A stretch of 64,000 nucleotides of DNA from Candidatus Hydrogenedentota bacterium (GCA_045863295.1 BTWA01000008.1:59674-123673), one strand, 5' to 3'. Counted from the first letter of the stretch, positions 1 to 10,341 are shown. Notes: generated by a model not told the origin, from the sequence alone. Program-made: numbers and translations.

Positions 1-1
1 C

Positions 2-598
2 GGTAGTTCAGCGACTGGTTCCGGCGAGCAATCGGTGCCCGGAAAACAACAACACACTGACGCCGAATATGCGAAAGAGTTTACAAAGATGTTGTCTCAA
101 CTCGATAGTATCAGGAATTTTGATGCCATAAAGATCGATATTGAAAAGAAGATAGGCACCGCATACCTCTCGAACTCGAACGCGAGCATGTCCAGGGGGA
201 TTGATGGTTTATGCGCTGTCTTGTTTGAAGTAGTTGGATTAAACGCGCGCATAGCTTTGATGGAAGACAGATCGGAAGTCATTTGCTTCGAGTTCAAGCC
301 GGCCGTTCCGCGCGGGTTTACGTACAGAGTCTCTGCGGGAGATACTCAAAACTTAGAGCGCGTACCCAATGACACCTTGAGAGAAGGTCTGGACAAGAAT
401 ACCTTTGTTCCACTTCTATACCCTGTGCGCATATCCGCACAAGGTTTAACTGAACTCGATCCCGACCCTTTAGTTTATTATCAATTTGAACCCTTTGAAG
501 CGAAGCAGTTTGTTCGGTCGTCTAAAATAGTGTTTATGGACGAACTGCAATCAATTAACGCTCGCATGCGCGAAAAAGGCCTGAAGCCCACTTACTGA
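2..598 (+). CDS. Hypothetical protein, probably 5'-truncated by the window edge
   Basis: Frame is open from position 2 to TGA at 598; no recognisable motif. Confidence 0.5.
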   Translation, partial: GSSATGSGEQSVPGKQQHTDAEYAKEFTKMLSQLDSIRNFDAIKIDIEKKIGTAYLSNSNASMSRGIDGLCAVLFEVVGLNARIALMEDRSEVICFEFKPAVPRGFTYRVSAGDTQNLERVPNDTLREGLDKNTFVPLLYPVRISAQGLTELDPDPLVYYQFEPFEAKQFVRSSKIVFMDELQSINARMREKGLKPTY

Positions 599-1186
599 TA
601 CTTAAAAACAGACTACGAATTAACTTGATTGTCTATGCTGCTTTTGAGTGTATGTACAGTAATCGTATTAACCCCACCACCAATGACGAGAATGGTCTCC
701 TCCCCCGTTGTGGCAGGGTTTCTGACTCCGCCACGCCCGATGACCAGAATGGTCGTCTATTCGTCTTGAATGCAGAGCAAACATCCACCGGCCCTGCCGA
801 ACTTGCGCATGAAAGGGTAGTCTCTTCTCCCACCGCCACGACCTATTCCGCCTCATTCCACGCAAGAGCAAACTGCGCGCCCACACAATTTGCCCATTCG
901 CCGATGCAACGGACCATTTCTACTTCCACTACCCCGCACATCCGCCAAATCGATGATTTACCCTTGTTTTGTTTTTTTGCTCTACAGCTCGCCAACAATG
1001 ACCTCGAGAAGTGAACCGAGGGTCCGTCGCGCTCCAGTGCAACAACACGTGCTAATAAATAGGGCGAAATGGCCGAGACCGCGCGTCATCTCCCCGGCCT
1101 CGCGCATTTACGTCCCGCTCACCATTTCTGCCGCCATGGTGTCATAAAAGCGTACACTCAATGGCGCAATACGGAATTTCATTCTC

Positions 1187-4100
1187 ATGAACACAACCGA
1201 CTCTATTCTGCTCCAACGCTGGGCGGCAAACCACGATGCCGAAGCCCTGCATGAAATCGTCTCCCGGCATTCACGCATGGTGTACAACACCTGTCTGCGC
1301 GTGCTGGGCAACGCGTCGGACGCCGAGGACGTCGCGCAGGAATGTTTTGTCAAGTTGGCCCGGGGCGTGAAGCCGCGCGGCGATTCGCTGGCGGGGCTGC
1401 TGCACACCATGGCCACGAACATGGCCCTCAACCGCATCAAGATGGAATCGCGCCGCCGCGCCCGCGAAAAGCGGTATACCGATCAGTTGGATCAAACAGT
1501 CGAGATCACCTGGGAAGACGTGCAACTGCATGTTGACGAAGCACTGGCGGAATTGCCGGACGACGTGCAGGCGGTTCTGGTTGCTCATTTCTTTGAAGGC
1601 CGGACACATGAATCCATCGCGATGGATGAAGGGGTGACGCGATCGGCGATCACGCACCGAGTTGGCAAGGGCGTGGACCTGTTGCGGGCCAAGCTCGCCA
1701 GGCGCGGCGTGACCGTGGCGGGCGGCGCGCTTGCCGCGTTGTTGGAAGCCGCGCCGGCGGAAGCGGCTGCGCCCAGCCTCGCGATCGCCTTGGGCAAACT
1801 CGCGATGGCCGGCACGGCGGGAACCGCAGTGGCGACCGGTGTCGGCGGATTGTCCATAGCCGCAAAGGTGGCGATAGGAGTCGCCGTGATGGCGGTGAGC
1901 GCGACGCCGTTCTTCTGGCGATATGCCGGCCCGTCTGTTGGATCCGGACAATTGGACGTTGATGAAGTCGCGACCGCACAGGCACAGCCGGAACCCCCGG
2001 CGCCGCAATTAGCCGCGGCGGCGAAACCCAACGATGAGCCGGGCAAAGCGCCGGATGGAATTGAGATCGAAACGGTTACCGTGAGCGACACGGGATTCGT
2101 TCGCGGCGGCGTGCATTGGACAAACGATTGGCCATATGGAAAGTTCAGAGGCGAAACCACCGATCGTGACGGAAAGGCAACGTTGACGGTCCAGCCCGAT
2201 GGGTCGGAGTCGTGGATGGCATTCAGCCAGAACACAACGAAGTGCGCGCTTGTGCGCTTTTCGCGGGCCGACGCCGAAAAGCCTCGGCAGATCGCTCTCA
2301 CCCTTAACAGCGCGGCGCTATACGGCCGCATCGTCGGACCGGATGGATCCGGTGTGGGCAAAGCGCAGGTACAACTTCGATACACGGCGGAGGATGGCGA
2401 AGAATTTCTCAGCGCACCAATCACGGCCAACAAGTATGGCTACTACGGATCGGAATCACTGCCCACCGCGGATCATTGGTCACTCAGTGTCCGGGTCGTG
2501 CCGCCTGGAGATGAACCGGCGGGGCCGTGGAGCGAACCGATGCCGCTGATGAGCAAGTGTACTGCGATTACATTTCCTGACGTGGCGGTCTCGGCCGAAA
2601 CGGCCGCCAACATCGAAGCCAACCAGGTTTTGGAAGGCTTCCGTGAGCGCATATACGAAACCGGCCCTGTTGTTGCCTATGGCGGATTCGTCCGCGACGA
2701 GGCCGGTGCTCCCGTCACGTTTGCAAGCGTCGAATTGATGCACGATGTACCGTCAGGCATGGTCACCACTTCCCAGGCCATGACCGACGAGAAAGGCCAC
2801 TGGACCCGCATGTTGCCGGAAAACGTGACGGGCCTGCAGGTTCGTGTGCAGCATCCTCAATTCATACCCACCACCGTGGACGAGGAGTACAAAGATCCGC
2901 CGCTGGCGCGAATGAAGGACGGCACAAGTGAAATTCGATTGCGCCGCGGACGCACAGTGAAGGGCCTCGTACAGAACGAGAAAGGCGAACCGATTCCCGA
3001 TGCCTTGGTGCTCTGCGGCCGCTTCTACAGCTATACGCCCGGCGGATATGAACCCAATGCCTCAACGCCTATTGAGGACATGACCACGACGCGAACCAAC
3101 GCCAACGGTGAATTCGAATTGGCCTGTCTCGCTCCGGGCGAGGTAACGATGCCTGTCTCGGCAAAAGGATATGCACCCGCGATCGCAAAGCTTTCCGTCG
3201 GCGAAACCGCAAATGAGATTCAAGTCACCTTGCCAAAAGGCGGAACGGTCAAAGGCCGAATCGTCGACACGCAAGGGAACCCATTGTCCGGCGGATATGC
3301 CTATGGGAATCAGTGGGTGATGGATCAACAGTACCAAATCAGCATGTCGGCATTGGCGGACGAGAACGGCCAGTTTGTGCTAGACAATGTCCCCATGGAA
3401 GGAACAGTCTCGCTCAGCTTCGGCGTGCGGGGTATCGATGGCCGCCGCGATCGCCGGTTTCTTTCGATGACTAGCAACGAGATGACGCCGCGGGAGGAAC
3501 CGTATGTCATCACGATGTACATGCCGCCGGTGTTCAAGGGCAAGGTTGTGGATGACGAAACCGGCCAACCGGTCACCGACTTCTGGGTGAAGAACGGTTG
3601 GATCTTTTCCAATAGCGAGTCGGTGGATTGGATTCAAATGTCGAGCCCATCCCACTTCGAAAACGCGGCGGACGGATCGTTTGAAAAGAAAGTGGACGGC
3701 GTTCACCTCAGCTATCCCATCAACGTGACGTTCGTCGTCGGTGTGTTTGCCGACGGATACTATGAATCCGTCTCGCCGGCGATGCAGCCGGGCGAGGAAC
3801 TCGCGCCATTTGAAATCCGCCTCAAAAAAGGCGCACCCGTGACCGGCCGCGTGGCCGATGCGCAAGGCAATCCCGTGGCCAAGGCGAATGTCGTGTGGGT
3901 CGGTTCGAACACAAAGGCCTTTGTTGAGAATGCCATCGTGGCGCCGCGTTACGGTGGACAACCGGAGTTCACTGTAGAGACCGGTGACGACGGCTTGTTC
4001 TCCCTGCAACGCAATGCGGAGTCTGGCATTGTTCTCGTGCTGCACGAATCCGGCTATGCCCATATCAACGCCACGGAGCACGCCCCCGGAGGCGACGTGC

Positions 4101-5170
4101 TGCTCACGCCTTGGGCGCGCGTTGAGGGCATGGTACATCTCGCGGCGGATGCGGAGAAGAATGCGATGATGCAATTGAAGCCGCTGTCGCAAGAGGACTA
4201 CGCGGAATCGGGAAGGGTCTACTGGATGTTCAGTCAGACCGCGCACGTGGACGGAAGGTTCGAGTTCGATCGCGTGCCGTCTATTCCGCTGGAAGTGGGC
4301 CGGATGGTGATTGCCGCGCAACGCGCGGAATTGTCGCACACCACGACGCTCACGCCCGCGCCCGGCGAAACGAGCATCGTGCACATCGGCGGCGATGGCG
4401 CGGTCGTGGAAGGGTCCATCGATCTCGCCGCCTTGAGCGAAACCGGTAGGAAGGCCTTTGATCCAAAGCACATTCGCGCGGCGGCGGTGCTTGTAAACGG
4501 AACTGGCAACGCACCCGCTTCGCGATACGTGCCGCAATTCAAAGAAGACGGATCGTTTCGAATCGACGGAATGCCGCGGGGCGATTATGAAATGGAATTC
4601 TTCTTCCACGCCCCTCCCTCCCGCTATGTGTGCGGGTCCGGCATACTGCTCGCCACCGCTACGGCATCCTTTTCGGTGGCGAAAGGCATCAGGGGTGAGA
4701 CCGTGGTCATCCCGGCGATTCCAATGGAAGAGCCCAACACCCCGCAAACAGGCGGAACCGCGCCTGCGCTGCTCGCCTTTACTTTGGACGGCCGGGAGTT
4801 CTCCCTGGAATCGCTGCGCGGAAAGACCGTGCTCCTCGATTTCTGGGCGACGTGGTGCCCTCCCTGCCGTGACATGACGCCAAAGCTGAAGGCGCTATAC
4901 GATGCCATCGGCGCAGCCGAATCGCTTGCGTTTGTGGGGCTATGCTTTGACGAACGCAAAGAGGCGGCACAGAAATACGCAAGCGAATCGGGAATGACTT
5001 GGCCGCAATTGATGACGGACAAATGGACTCCGGAAAACGTTACCTTGCGTGAATTCGGCGTTACCAGCATTCCATCCCTGTGGGTCCTCGGCCCCGATGG
5101 CACCGTGCTTGGACGTGACTTGACCCTGGAGGAAGCCGAAGTGCTCCTGCGCGAAGCATCCAACCCGTGA
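1187..5170 (+). CDS. ECF sigma-70 factor fused to a TM helix, carboxypeptidase-regulatory-like repeats and a C-terminal TlpA/thioredoxin domain
   Basis: Sigma region 2 (RHSRMVYNTCLRVLGNASDAEDVAQECF) and region 4 (LPDDVQAVLVAHFFEGRTHESIA); Ala-rich linker; TM KVAIGVAVMAVSATPFFW; repeated GxVxDxxGxP units; LLDFWATWCPPC. Confidence 0.9.
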   Translation: MNTTDSILLQRWAANHDAEALHEIVSRHSRMVYNTCLRVLGNASDAEDVAQECFVKLARGVKPRGDSLAGLLHTMATNMALNRIKMESRRRAREKRYTDQLDQTVEITWEDVQLHVDEALAELPDDVQAVLVAHFFEGRTHESIAMDEGVTRSAITHRVGKGVDLLRAKLARRGVTVAGGALAALLEAAPAEAAAPSLAIALGKLAMAGTAGTAVATGVGGLSIAAKVAIGVAVMAVSATPFFWRYAGPSVGSGQLDVDEVATAQAQPEPPAPQLAAAAKPNDEPGKAPDGIEIETVTVSDTGFVRGGVHWTNDWPYGKFRGETTDRDGKATLTVQPDGSESWMAFSQNTTKCALVRFSRADAEKPRQIALTLNSAALYGRIVGPDGSGVGKAQVQLRYTAEDGEEFLSAPITANKYGYYGSESLPTADHWSLSVRVVPPGDEPAGPWSEPMPLMSKCTAITFPDVAVSAETAANIEANQVLEGFRERIYETGPVVAYGGFVRDEAGAPVTFASVELMHDVPSGMVTTSQAMTDEKGHWTRMLPENVTGLQVRVQHPQFIPTTVDEEYKDPPLARMKDGTSEIRLRRGRTVKGLVQNEKGEPIPDALVLCGRFYSYTPGGYEPNASTPIEDMTTTRTNANGEFELACLAPGEVTMPVSAKGYAPAIAKLSVGETANEIQVTLPKGGTVKGRIVDTQGNPLSGGYAYGNQWVMDQQYQISMSALADENGQFVLDNVPMEGTVSLSFGVRGIDGRRDRRFLSMTSNEMTPREEPYVITMYMPPVFKGKVVDDETGQPVTDFWVKNGWIFSNSESVDWIQMSSPSHFENAADGSFEKKVDGVHLSYPINVTFVVGVFADGYYESVSPAMQPGEELAPFEIRLKKGAPVTGRVADAQGNPVAKANVVWVGSNTKAFVENAIVAPRYGGQPEFTVETGDDGLFSLQRNAESGIVLVLHESGYAHINATEHAPGGDVLLTPWARVEGMVHLAADAEKNAMMQLKPLSQEDYAESGRVYWMFSQTAHVDGRFEFDRVPSIPLEVGRMVIAAQRAELSHTTTLTPAPGETSIVHIGGDGAVVEGSIDLAALSETGRKAFDPKHIRAAAVLVNGTGNAPASRYVPQFKEDGSFRIDGMPRGDYEMEFFFHAPPSRYVCGSGILLATATASFSVAKGIRGETVVIPAIPMEEPNTPQTGGTAPALLAFTLDGREFSLESLRGKTVLLDFWATWCPPCRDMTPKLKALYDAIGAAESLAFVGLCFDERKEAAQKYASESGMTWPQLMTDKWTPENVTLREFGVTSIPSLWVLGPDGTVLGRDLTLEEAEVLLREASNP

Positions 5171-5282
5171 GGAATCGGATGATCGATTTCGGGCCGCGTG
5201 GTCATGATATACTGCGCAACAGGATTCCCGTTGCCGGGGCAACGCGAAATTCACCAAGTCAGATTTCCGATGGAGACTGATC

Positions 5283-5627
5283 ATGGCCTTCAAGAAATCC
5301 GATTTCAAAATGCGTATACGCGAGGAAGCCCATCGCAAGGTAAAGCCGCAAGGCGGCGCGAAAGGTCAAGCGGGCTTTCGCGACGCGGTGGAACGGGGCC
5401 GTCGTGAATTGCTGCTGAAAGGCGACGAAGGCGGAGACAGCAAGGCCCAACGCATCAAAGGCGAATTACTGTACCTGATTAACAACTACGTACCCGCCAA
5501 CGATGCCCGTATCGAAACGCTAATCGATCAGTGGCGAACCAGCGGCGACCCATCCTATTCGACCGACATTCGCGCCAAGTTCTTGCGCGCCCGCCGCGAC
5601 TACAGCAAGAAAAGCGACGCGCTGTAA
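5283..5627 (+). CDS. Hypothetical protein (114 aa)
   Basis: GGAGA RBS upstream; protein-like composition. Confidence 0.7.
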   Translation: MAFKKSDFKMRIREEAHRKVKPQGGAKGQAGFRDAVERGRRELLLKGDEGGDSKAQRIKGELLYLINNYVPANDARIETLIDQWRTSGDPSYSTDIRAKFLRARRDYSKKSDAL

Positions 5628-5686
5628 GACGCGCCCCGCCTTGCCAGACCCGCATCCGTGCACACTCAATACTGGCCAAACCCAGT

Positions 5687-5716
5687 TTGTACCGCACTCG
5701 ATTTAATTGCTATACT
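5687..5716 (+). promoter_or_regulatory. Sigma70-type promoter of tRNA-Val
   Basis: TTGTAC-N18-TATACT with extended -10 TG, 17 bp before the tRNA. Confidence 0.55.
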
Positions 5717-5733
5717 CCCACATTCCCACCTCG

Positions 5734-5810
5734 GGGCGGTTAGCTCAGTTGGTTAGAGCATCTGCCTTACACGCAGAGGGCCAAAGGTTCGAGTCCTTTA
5801 CCGCCCACCA
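5734..5810 (+). tRNA. tRNA-Val(TAC)
   Basis: Acceptor GGGCGGT/ACCGCCC-A-CCA; anticodon arm TCTGC-CTTACAC-GCAGA; T arm AAAGG-TTCGAGT-CCTTT. Confidence 0.97.
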
Positions 5811-7442
5811 TTTTTCTACCCCGTTTTTTTCTTGGGTTTTCTCAAAACCCCTGTCTTTATTGGCCGATCCGCGTGTCGTGTCCGATGCACTAGGTAATGT
5901 CTTATTTGTTGCAATATGTGACTCAGATTGACTCGAAATGTCACCGTTTGGGGAAGAATTGGGGAAGGAATGGGGGAAGGAATTCGCGGGGGCATCTGCC
6001 GATCCGTGTGCCGCTTGGGCAACGTCTTGCCCTTGGGCTTCGCCGCCGATCCATGGCAAGGATTCCACCGCGCCGCGCATATCGAGGGCTTGCGGGTCCG
6101 TGTAGGTTTGCATCGTTAGGCGAATGTCCGAATGCCGCGCCAATGCCTGGGCCGTCCGTGGGGCCACGCCCGCCGCGTTCATCCACGAGATGCACGTCAT
6201 GCGAAGGCTATGCACGTCCACCGTGCGCCCGCGCTGGTCTCGCTTGGCAATGCCCGCCGCCTTCAAGTCGAGGTTGAAGGGCTTGATCATCTTCAAGGGC
6301 AAGTCATCGAACAATCGGGATTGCGGGTCCAATGCCATCGGGAAGGGCCGCCGGGCCGCTTGTGCGCCTTCCTGGGCCGTTTTCAGCCGTAGGGCAAGAT
6401 ATTCGCGCAAGGCTTCGCAGACTTCGCCACGCAGGGGCACCGTGGCCGCTTGCCGGTTCTTTGCGTTTGCCGCCGCAAGGTGCAATCGCTTGCCGGGCAA
6501 GTCGAGGTCACACACGCGAAGCGAATGAAGTTCGCCCATGCGCAAGCCGCTATAGATCGCCGTTGTGTAGAAGGCCGCGTTCCGTTCGCCATGCAATCGC
6601 GCCGCTGCCAAGACGTGGGGCCGTGGATTCGCCTTGTGGGGTTTCCGTTCCTTGGGGGCCGCGCCCTTGGGCTTGCGTCCGCCGTGGTTATAAAGCACTT
6701 CGTATGTGGGCCGTTGCCGGGCCGCTTGAATGAGCCGGGCCGCTTCATCCGGGGTCAAGGCCCGCCGTTGCCGCCGTTGATCCACCGCTTCGCTTGCGCG
6801 ATCCATCCGGGCGAAAGGGTTCGCCGTATGCCGCCCCGTTTCGAGTAGCCAATTCCCGAAGGCCGTCAAGGCGATTACGTGGGCATTGTGCAGACGCGCA
6901 CCCATGGGGTTGCCAGACTGCCGCCGTTGTTCGTGAAGCCATCGCATCGCGCCTTGTCTGTCGAGGTCGGCAATGCGCCGGAAGCCGCAACCGTTGATCA
7001 CGCGGTTCAAGTATCGCGCCACACTGGCAACATGCTTCGAGGTTGCGCCGCGCAATTCGAGGGCTTGCCGGTAGGCTTCAACGTGGGCCGTCAAGGGCAC
7101 CGCCGCATGCTGGGCCGCCTTCGCTTCCGAGGGCGATACAAGGCCCGCCCGGATTCGTTCCGCTTCGCCTTCCCATTTGGAAAGCACCGCCGCCGCCGCG
7201 CTCTTGTCTTTACAGCCCGTGGATCGTTCGATCACCGTGTCATCGCCGCCGCGATACTTCGCCACCCATGCCGGGCTTGTGCGTTGAATCCGCAAGGCAT
7301 CGCCTTTGCCGCTCACAACCGGGGCCGTCTGTGTCTTGCCCTGGGCATCGATCCACCGCGCAAACCGCTTGCCCTTCGAGGTGAACAATTCCGCGCCGTC
7401 TGGCATCGGGGCCGTGTATTTCTTGCGAATCAGGCTTGCCAT
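5745..7442 (-). CDS. int: Tyrosine recombinase/integrase; reads antisense through the att core into the tRNA
   Basis: Catalytic motifs YSGLRMGEL (R), AKNR (K), HSLR (HxxR), ARHS and MQTY. Confidence 0.92.
   Translation of the reverse strand: MASLIRKKYTAPMPDGAELFTSKGKRFARWIDAQGKTQTAPVVSGKGDALRIQRTSPAWVAKYRGGDDTVIERSTGCKDKSAAAAVLSKWEGEAERIRAGLVSPSEAKAAQHAAVPLTAHVEAYRQALELRGATSKHVASVARYLNRVINGCGFRRIADLDRQGAMRWLHEQRRQSGNPMGARLHNAHVIALTAFGNWLLETGRHTANPFARMDRASEAVDQRRQRRALTPDEAARLIQAARQRPTYEVLYNHGGRKPKGAAPKERKPHKANPRPHVLAAARLHGERNAAFYTTAIYSGLRMGELHSLRVCDLDLPGKRLHLAAANAKNRQAATVPLRGEVCEALREYLALRLKTAQEGAQAARRPFPMALDPQSRLFDDLPLKMIKPFNLDLKAAGIAKRDQRGRTVDVHSLRMTCISWMNAAGVAPRTAQALARHSDIRLTMQTYTDPQALDMRGAVESLPWIGGEAQGQDVAQAAHGSADAPANSFPHSFPNSSPNGDISSQSESHIATNKTLPSASDTTRGSANKDRGFEKTQEKNGVEKWWAVKDSNLWPSACKADALTN
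5947..5983. repeat. Putative integrase arm-type sites, left set (3 x GGGGAAG)
   Basis: TTTGGGGAAGAA-TTGGGGAAGGAA-TGGGGGAAGGAA; the same motif recurs at 10743-10766. Confidence 0.55.
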
Positions 7443-7512
7443 GATCGTGTGATTCCTTTCCGGTTGCCGGGCCGAATCCTAACGCGACAAACGCAAGGCT
7501 GCAAGTTCGTGG

Positions 7513-7743
7513 TCATCGCCGGGGCCGTGTTGTGCGAACGTCCGGGCATCCATCCGCAATCCATTGTTCGATTTCCGCAATGCGCCACCGCACCGCGCCG
7601 CCAATGCGAATAGGCCGGGGCATCGCGCCCTTGTCGCGCATGCGAAACACTTGCCGCGTGGAAATGCTGCATGCTTGCGCCACGTCTTTGGCCGTCCAGA
7701 GTAGGCCGGTTTGCCGTACATCGTTTTCATGGGGTCCGTGCAT
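7513..7743 (-). CDS. AlpA-family excisionase/regulator
   Basis: LLWTAKDVAQACSISTRQVFRMRDKGAMPRPIRIGGAVRWRIAEIEQWI; directly upstream of int. Confidence 0.88.
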   Translation of the reverse strand: MHGPHENDVRQTGLLWTAKDVAQACSISTRQVFRMRDKGAMPRPIRIGGAVRWRIAEIEQWIADGCPDVRTTRPRR

Positions 7744-7804
7744 ACTGTTTTTGATTCCTTGATTTAACGTGCGAACGGGGTCACTGGCGGTACACTGTGA
7801 GCGA

Positions 7805-7984
7805 TCACGATCTTTTACCCCCCATTGGGGGCCGGGGCTTGTCCGCGCATTGCACCGTGGGTTTGCCGCGCAACGGAATGCCGGGGCCGATCAATGCCCG
7901 CGCCTTGCGTTCCGCATCGCTTGGATCGCTTGCCCAAACCCGCGCCACCGGGCCGCGCTTGAATGTGACAATGTATCGAGTCAT
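7805..7984 (-). CDS. Small hypothetical protein (59 aa, MTRYIVTFKRGPVARVWA...)
   Basis: Translated by hand (below the track cutoff); GGAG RBS; same strand as neighbours. Confidence 0.45.
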   Translation of the reverse strand: MTRYIVTFKRGPVARVWASDPSDAERKARALIGPGIPLRGKPTVQCADKPRPPMGGKRS

Positions 7985-8062
7985 CCGCCATTCTCCGGTT
8001 GTGTGTGTAACCGATACGCTACGTCCAATTTCGCGGGTTCACGCATGCGACGTTCTCCGCGC

Positions 8063-8947
8063 TCAATCGCCGCTGGGGTCTGAGTTTTCGATACCCCTTG
8101 CCCGGCATGATCCGTGTGTAAGTTGAACCCACGCTGACAGGTGTTTTAGGAATGGATTCGAGTCGTTCGCGCATTTGAGCGACATTCGCACCCCGTCCGC
8201 CGCTTGACTTGGATCAATGTGCATCAGAATTCGCGCCGCTTCAGTTCGATCCCGGCCAACTATGCCAAAGCCATCCAAAATCGCATCCAATGCGCCCGGG
8301 GTACAGCAATCATCGGCATTCGCAGACTTAGGCTGGATGGTACTTATACTGATCGGCGCACTTCGTGCGGGAGAGAATCCCGAATCTGGATCATGTATCG
8401 GCGCATTCTGTGCGGGAGGTTGTTTCTCACACCCGGAGGTATCGGCGCATTTCGTGCGGGACATATCGGCGCACTTGGTATGTGAGCATTTTTTCACCCT
8501 GTAGTCTGTACGTCTAATCCGTTTTCCGTTTGCTCTTGCTTTTCGGCTTGTGATTTGAACCTGAATTTTCGGGTTAATAGTGGCGTCCTTCCACCGAATC
8601 GATGCTTCGTACCGCCGTGGTGCGCCTGCACGCGATTCTTGAATGTCCGCTGGGGCATCGAAGAAGCCCGCTATACAGATTTCCTTCACCGCTCTATGAA
8701 AGGCCCGCTCGCTGAAAGGCAATTCGCCTGTATAGGCGAAGATGAACACGGCATTACACGTGTCCCACTTGCTTGCGCGATAGTAGGCGAGAGCCATGTA
8801 GGGGAACACAGCCTTAGCCATTAATGAGAGTTGAAAATACGCAGGACAGTCGAGTAGGTCACATCTAAGAGGGACAGACTTTCCACTTCCAAGAAACCCG
8901 CGAATATTCGAGTTGCTTTTCCCGGTCTTTTGATTCTTCCTTGCCAT
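8063..8947 (-). CDS. Putative replication initiator (wHTH, phage O-like layout)
   Basis: Homologous to 13229..14092; contains internal DNA iterons; follows the DUF1580 gene. Confidence 0.6.
   Translation of the reverse strand: MARKNQKTGKSNSNIRGFLGSGKSVPLRCDLLDCPAYFQLSLMAKAVFPYMALAYYRASKWDTCNAVFIFAYTGELPFSERAFHRAVKEICIAGFFDAPADIQESRAGAPRRYEASIRWKDATINPKIQVQITSRKARANGKRIRRTDYRVKKCSHTKCADMSRTKCADTSGCEKQPPAQNAPIHDPDSGFSPARSAPISISTIQPKSANADDCCTPGALDAILDGFGIVGRDRTEAARILMHIDPSQAADGVRMSLKCANDSNPFLKHLSAWVQLTHGSCRARGIENSDPSGD
8352..8484. repeat. Iteron-like repeats (4 x about 20 bp, ATCGGCGCAyTyyGTGCGGG); putative ori
   Basis: Copies at 8352, 8397, 8441 and 8465 (the last degenerate). Confidence 0.7.
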
Positions 8948-9065
8948 CGCTCATGCTTTCAGCCTTGCACGAACGGCGCATATCATGGCAGAATTCCAAT
9001 ACAAGAAATCGCCTAGTATATGGCCGCGATACCCTGCAAGTGCTACCCGCTTGCGGGGTTTCGTG

Positions 9066-9263
9066 TTATTGGCCGCTGATTTCGTGCAGGAAAGATTCGA
9101 GGTCGTGGGATGCAACGAAAAGCCGCCCACCCACGCGGTTAACTGCAAGCCGCCTGCCACCTACCCCTTGCTTTGCCCAACGCCACAACGTTGCGCGGTG
9201 GATCCGTGTGCCCATGGTTTGGTGAATGTAGTGGGCCGCTTCGCTCAGTGTGAAGTTTTTCAT
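9066..9263 (-). CDS. DUF1580-like HTH protein
   Basis: TLSEAA...HRATLWRWAKQGVGGRRLAVNRVGGRLF...LESFL; paralog of 14083..14427. Confidence 0.8.
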   Translation of the reverse strand: MKNFTLSEAAHYIHQTMGTRIHRATLWRWAKQGVGGRRLAVNRVGGRLFVASHDLESFLHEISGQ

Positions 9264-9354
9264 GACTCATGCTCCAAGGTTTACGGTTGCGTCAAACACA
9301 ACTGAAGTTAACCATGAAACAGAAGAGTTGGAAAGAGCTTGGAGAGGCAATATA

Positions 9355-9408
9355 GGACAAATACTAGCAGTGTCCCATGAAAATGGGACAAATACTAGCA
9401 GTGTCCCA
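9355..9408. promoter_or_regulatory. Tandem palindromic operator-like repeat
   Basis: GGACAAATACTAGCAGTGTCCCA exactly at 9355 and 9386; each copy is a GGACA-N11-TGTCC inverted repeat. Confidence 0.65.
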
Positions 9409-10039
9409 AGTCCTTAGATTCCAGTCTGGCAATATTGCGTCCCAAGGTCTTCAAAGACACACGCGGTTTCTCTAACATTGCAATCACTTCCGGCATTGCC
9501 CTGAACCGATCAAACTTCGCCGCACGTTCATATAGAAAAGAATGGGCATACTTTAGCGCCAGATTCCGAGAGGCCGTAGGATTCCGTTGCCGGTATTCTT
9601 GATAGACATTGAACACTTCGGAAAGGATTTCTTCTGGTACTACTGTACCCTTCAATTGGGGACCGCGCTTCGTATCATTTAGATTCTTTTCGCCGCGCAC
9701 TTGCAAGGCTTCGAGACGAATTGCCCTGTCTGCTCCGGGGATTAATTTATCGAAGTCACTAACTGACATCATGAAATGTGGCAACACCATTTCAGTTAGT
9801 TCTTTCAAGAGACTGTCAACTTCCCATCTTCGGTCTGCATTCTCTGGACTGCCGGGGTTTTCCCAGATCACTTCAAGAATTGAACGCAATTCCTGTAATC
9901 GGTGGTCGACTGTTTTTGCAAAATTAATGTGTTCGACAATCCACTTCATTGCTCCATTTGCGTTCAGTTCCATACCCGCGTTTTTGTATAAAGAATCGTC
10001 ATCGTCGGGAAAAATTGCATTGTAATCATCGCGTTCCAT
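9395..10039 (-). CDS. Hypothetical protein (214 aa), possible C-terminal HTH
   Basis: Start MERDD at 10039 with AAGGA RBS; C-terminus VSLKTLGRNIARL. Confidence 0.65.
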   Translation of the reverse strand: MERDDYNAIFPDDDDSLYKNAGMELNANGAMKWIVEHINFAKTVDHRLQELRSILEVIWENPGSPENADRRWEVDSLLKELTEMVLPHFMMSVSDFDKLIPGADRAIRLEALQVRGEKNLNDTKRGPQLKGTVVPEEILSEVFNVYQEYRQRNPTASRNLALKYAHSFLYERAAKFDRFRAMPEVIAMLEKPRVSLKTLGRNIARLESKDLGHC

Positions 10040-10341
10040 GTGCTCACATCCTTTGTCACTTGCAATGCACGCAACATTATAGACGCTTTGGGTCCTTCCT
10101 TCATGCCTTGGCACCGTGCGCCCCTGGAATCGCCAAACTTTTGTGCAGCCGAAGATCATTTTTGCGGGTTCCGGTTTCGAGTTGGGGCTAATTGACTAGC
10201 ATGCGAATCGGTACGCGGGGTATCTAAGTCGTTTAGATTTGAAACCCAAATAGGCAAAAATCGCCCCGCGAACACACAACACTAAACGGGCGGTACGCGG
10301 GCAAGACGGTTCAACCGGCAACCCCCTACCCCCTGGGGCCG

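Noticed and set aside
625..1147. Short ORFs upstream of the ECF gene
   Set aside because: No RBS or motif; treated as intergenic.
3380..4747. Long antisense ORFs (also 55087..56043 and 6879..7613)
   Set aside because: Shadow ORFs of GC-rich genes on the opposite strand.
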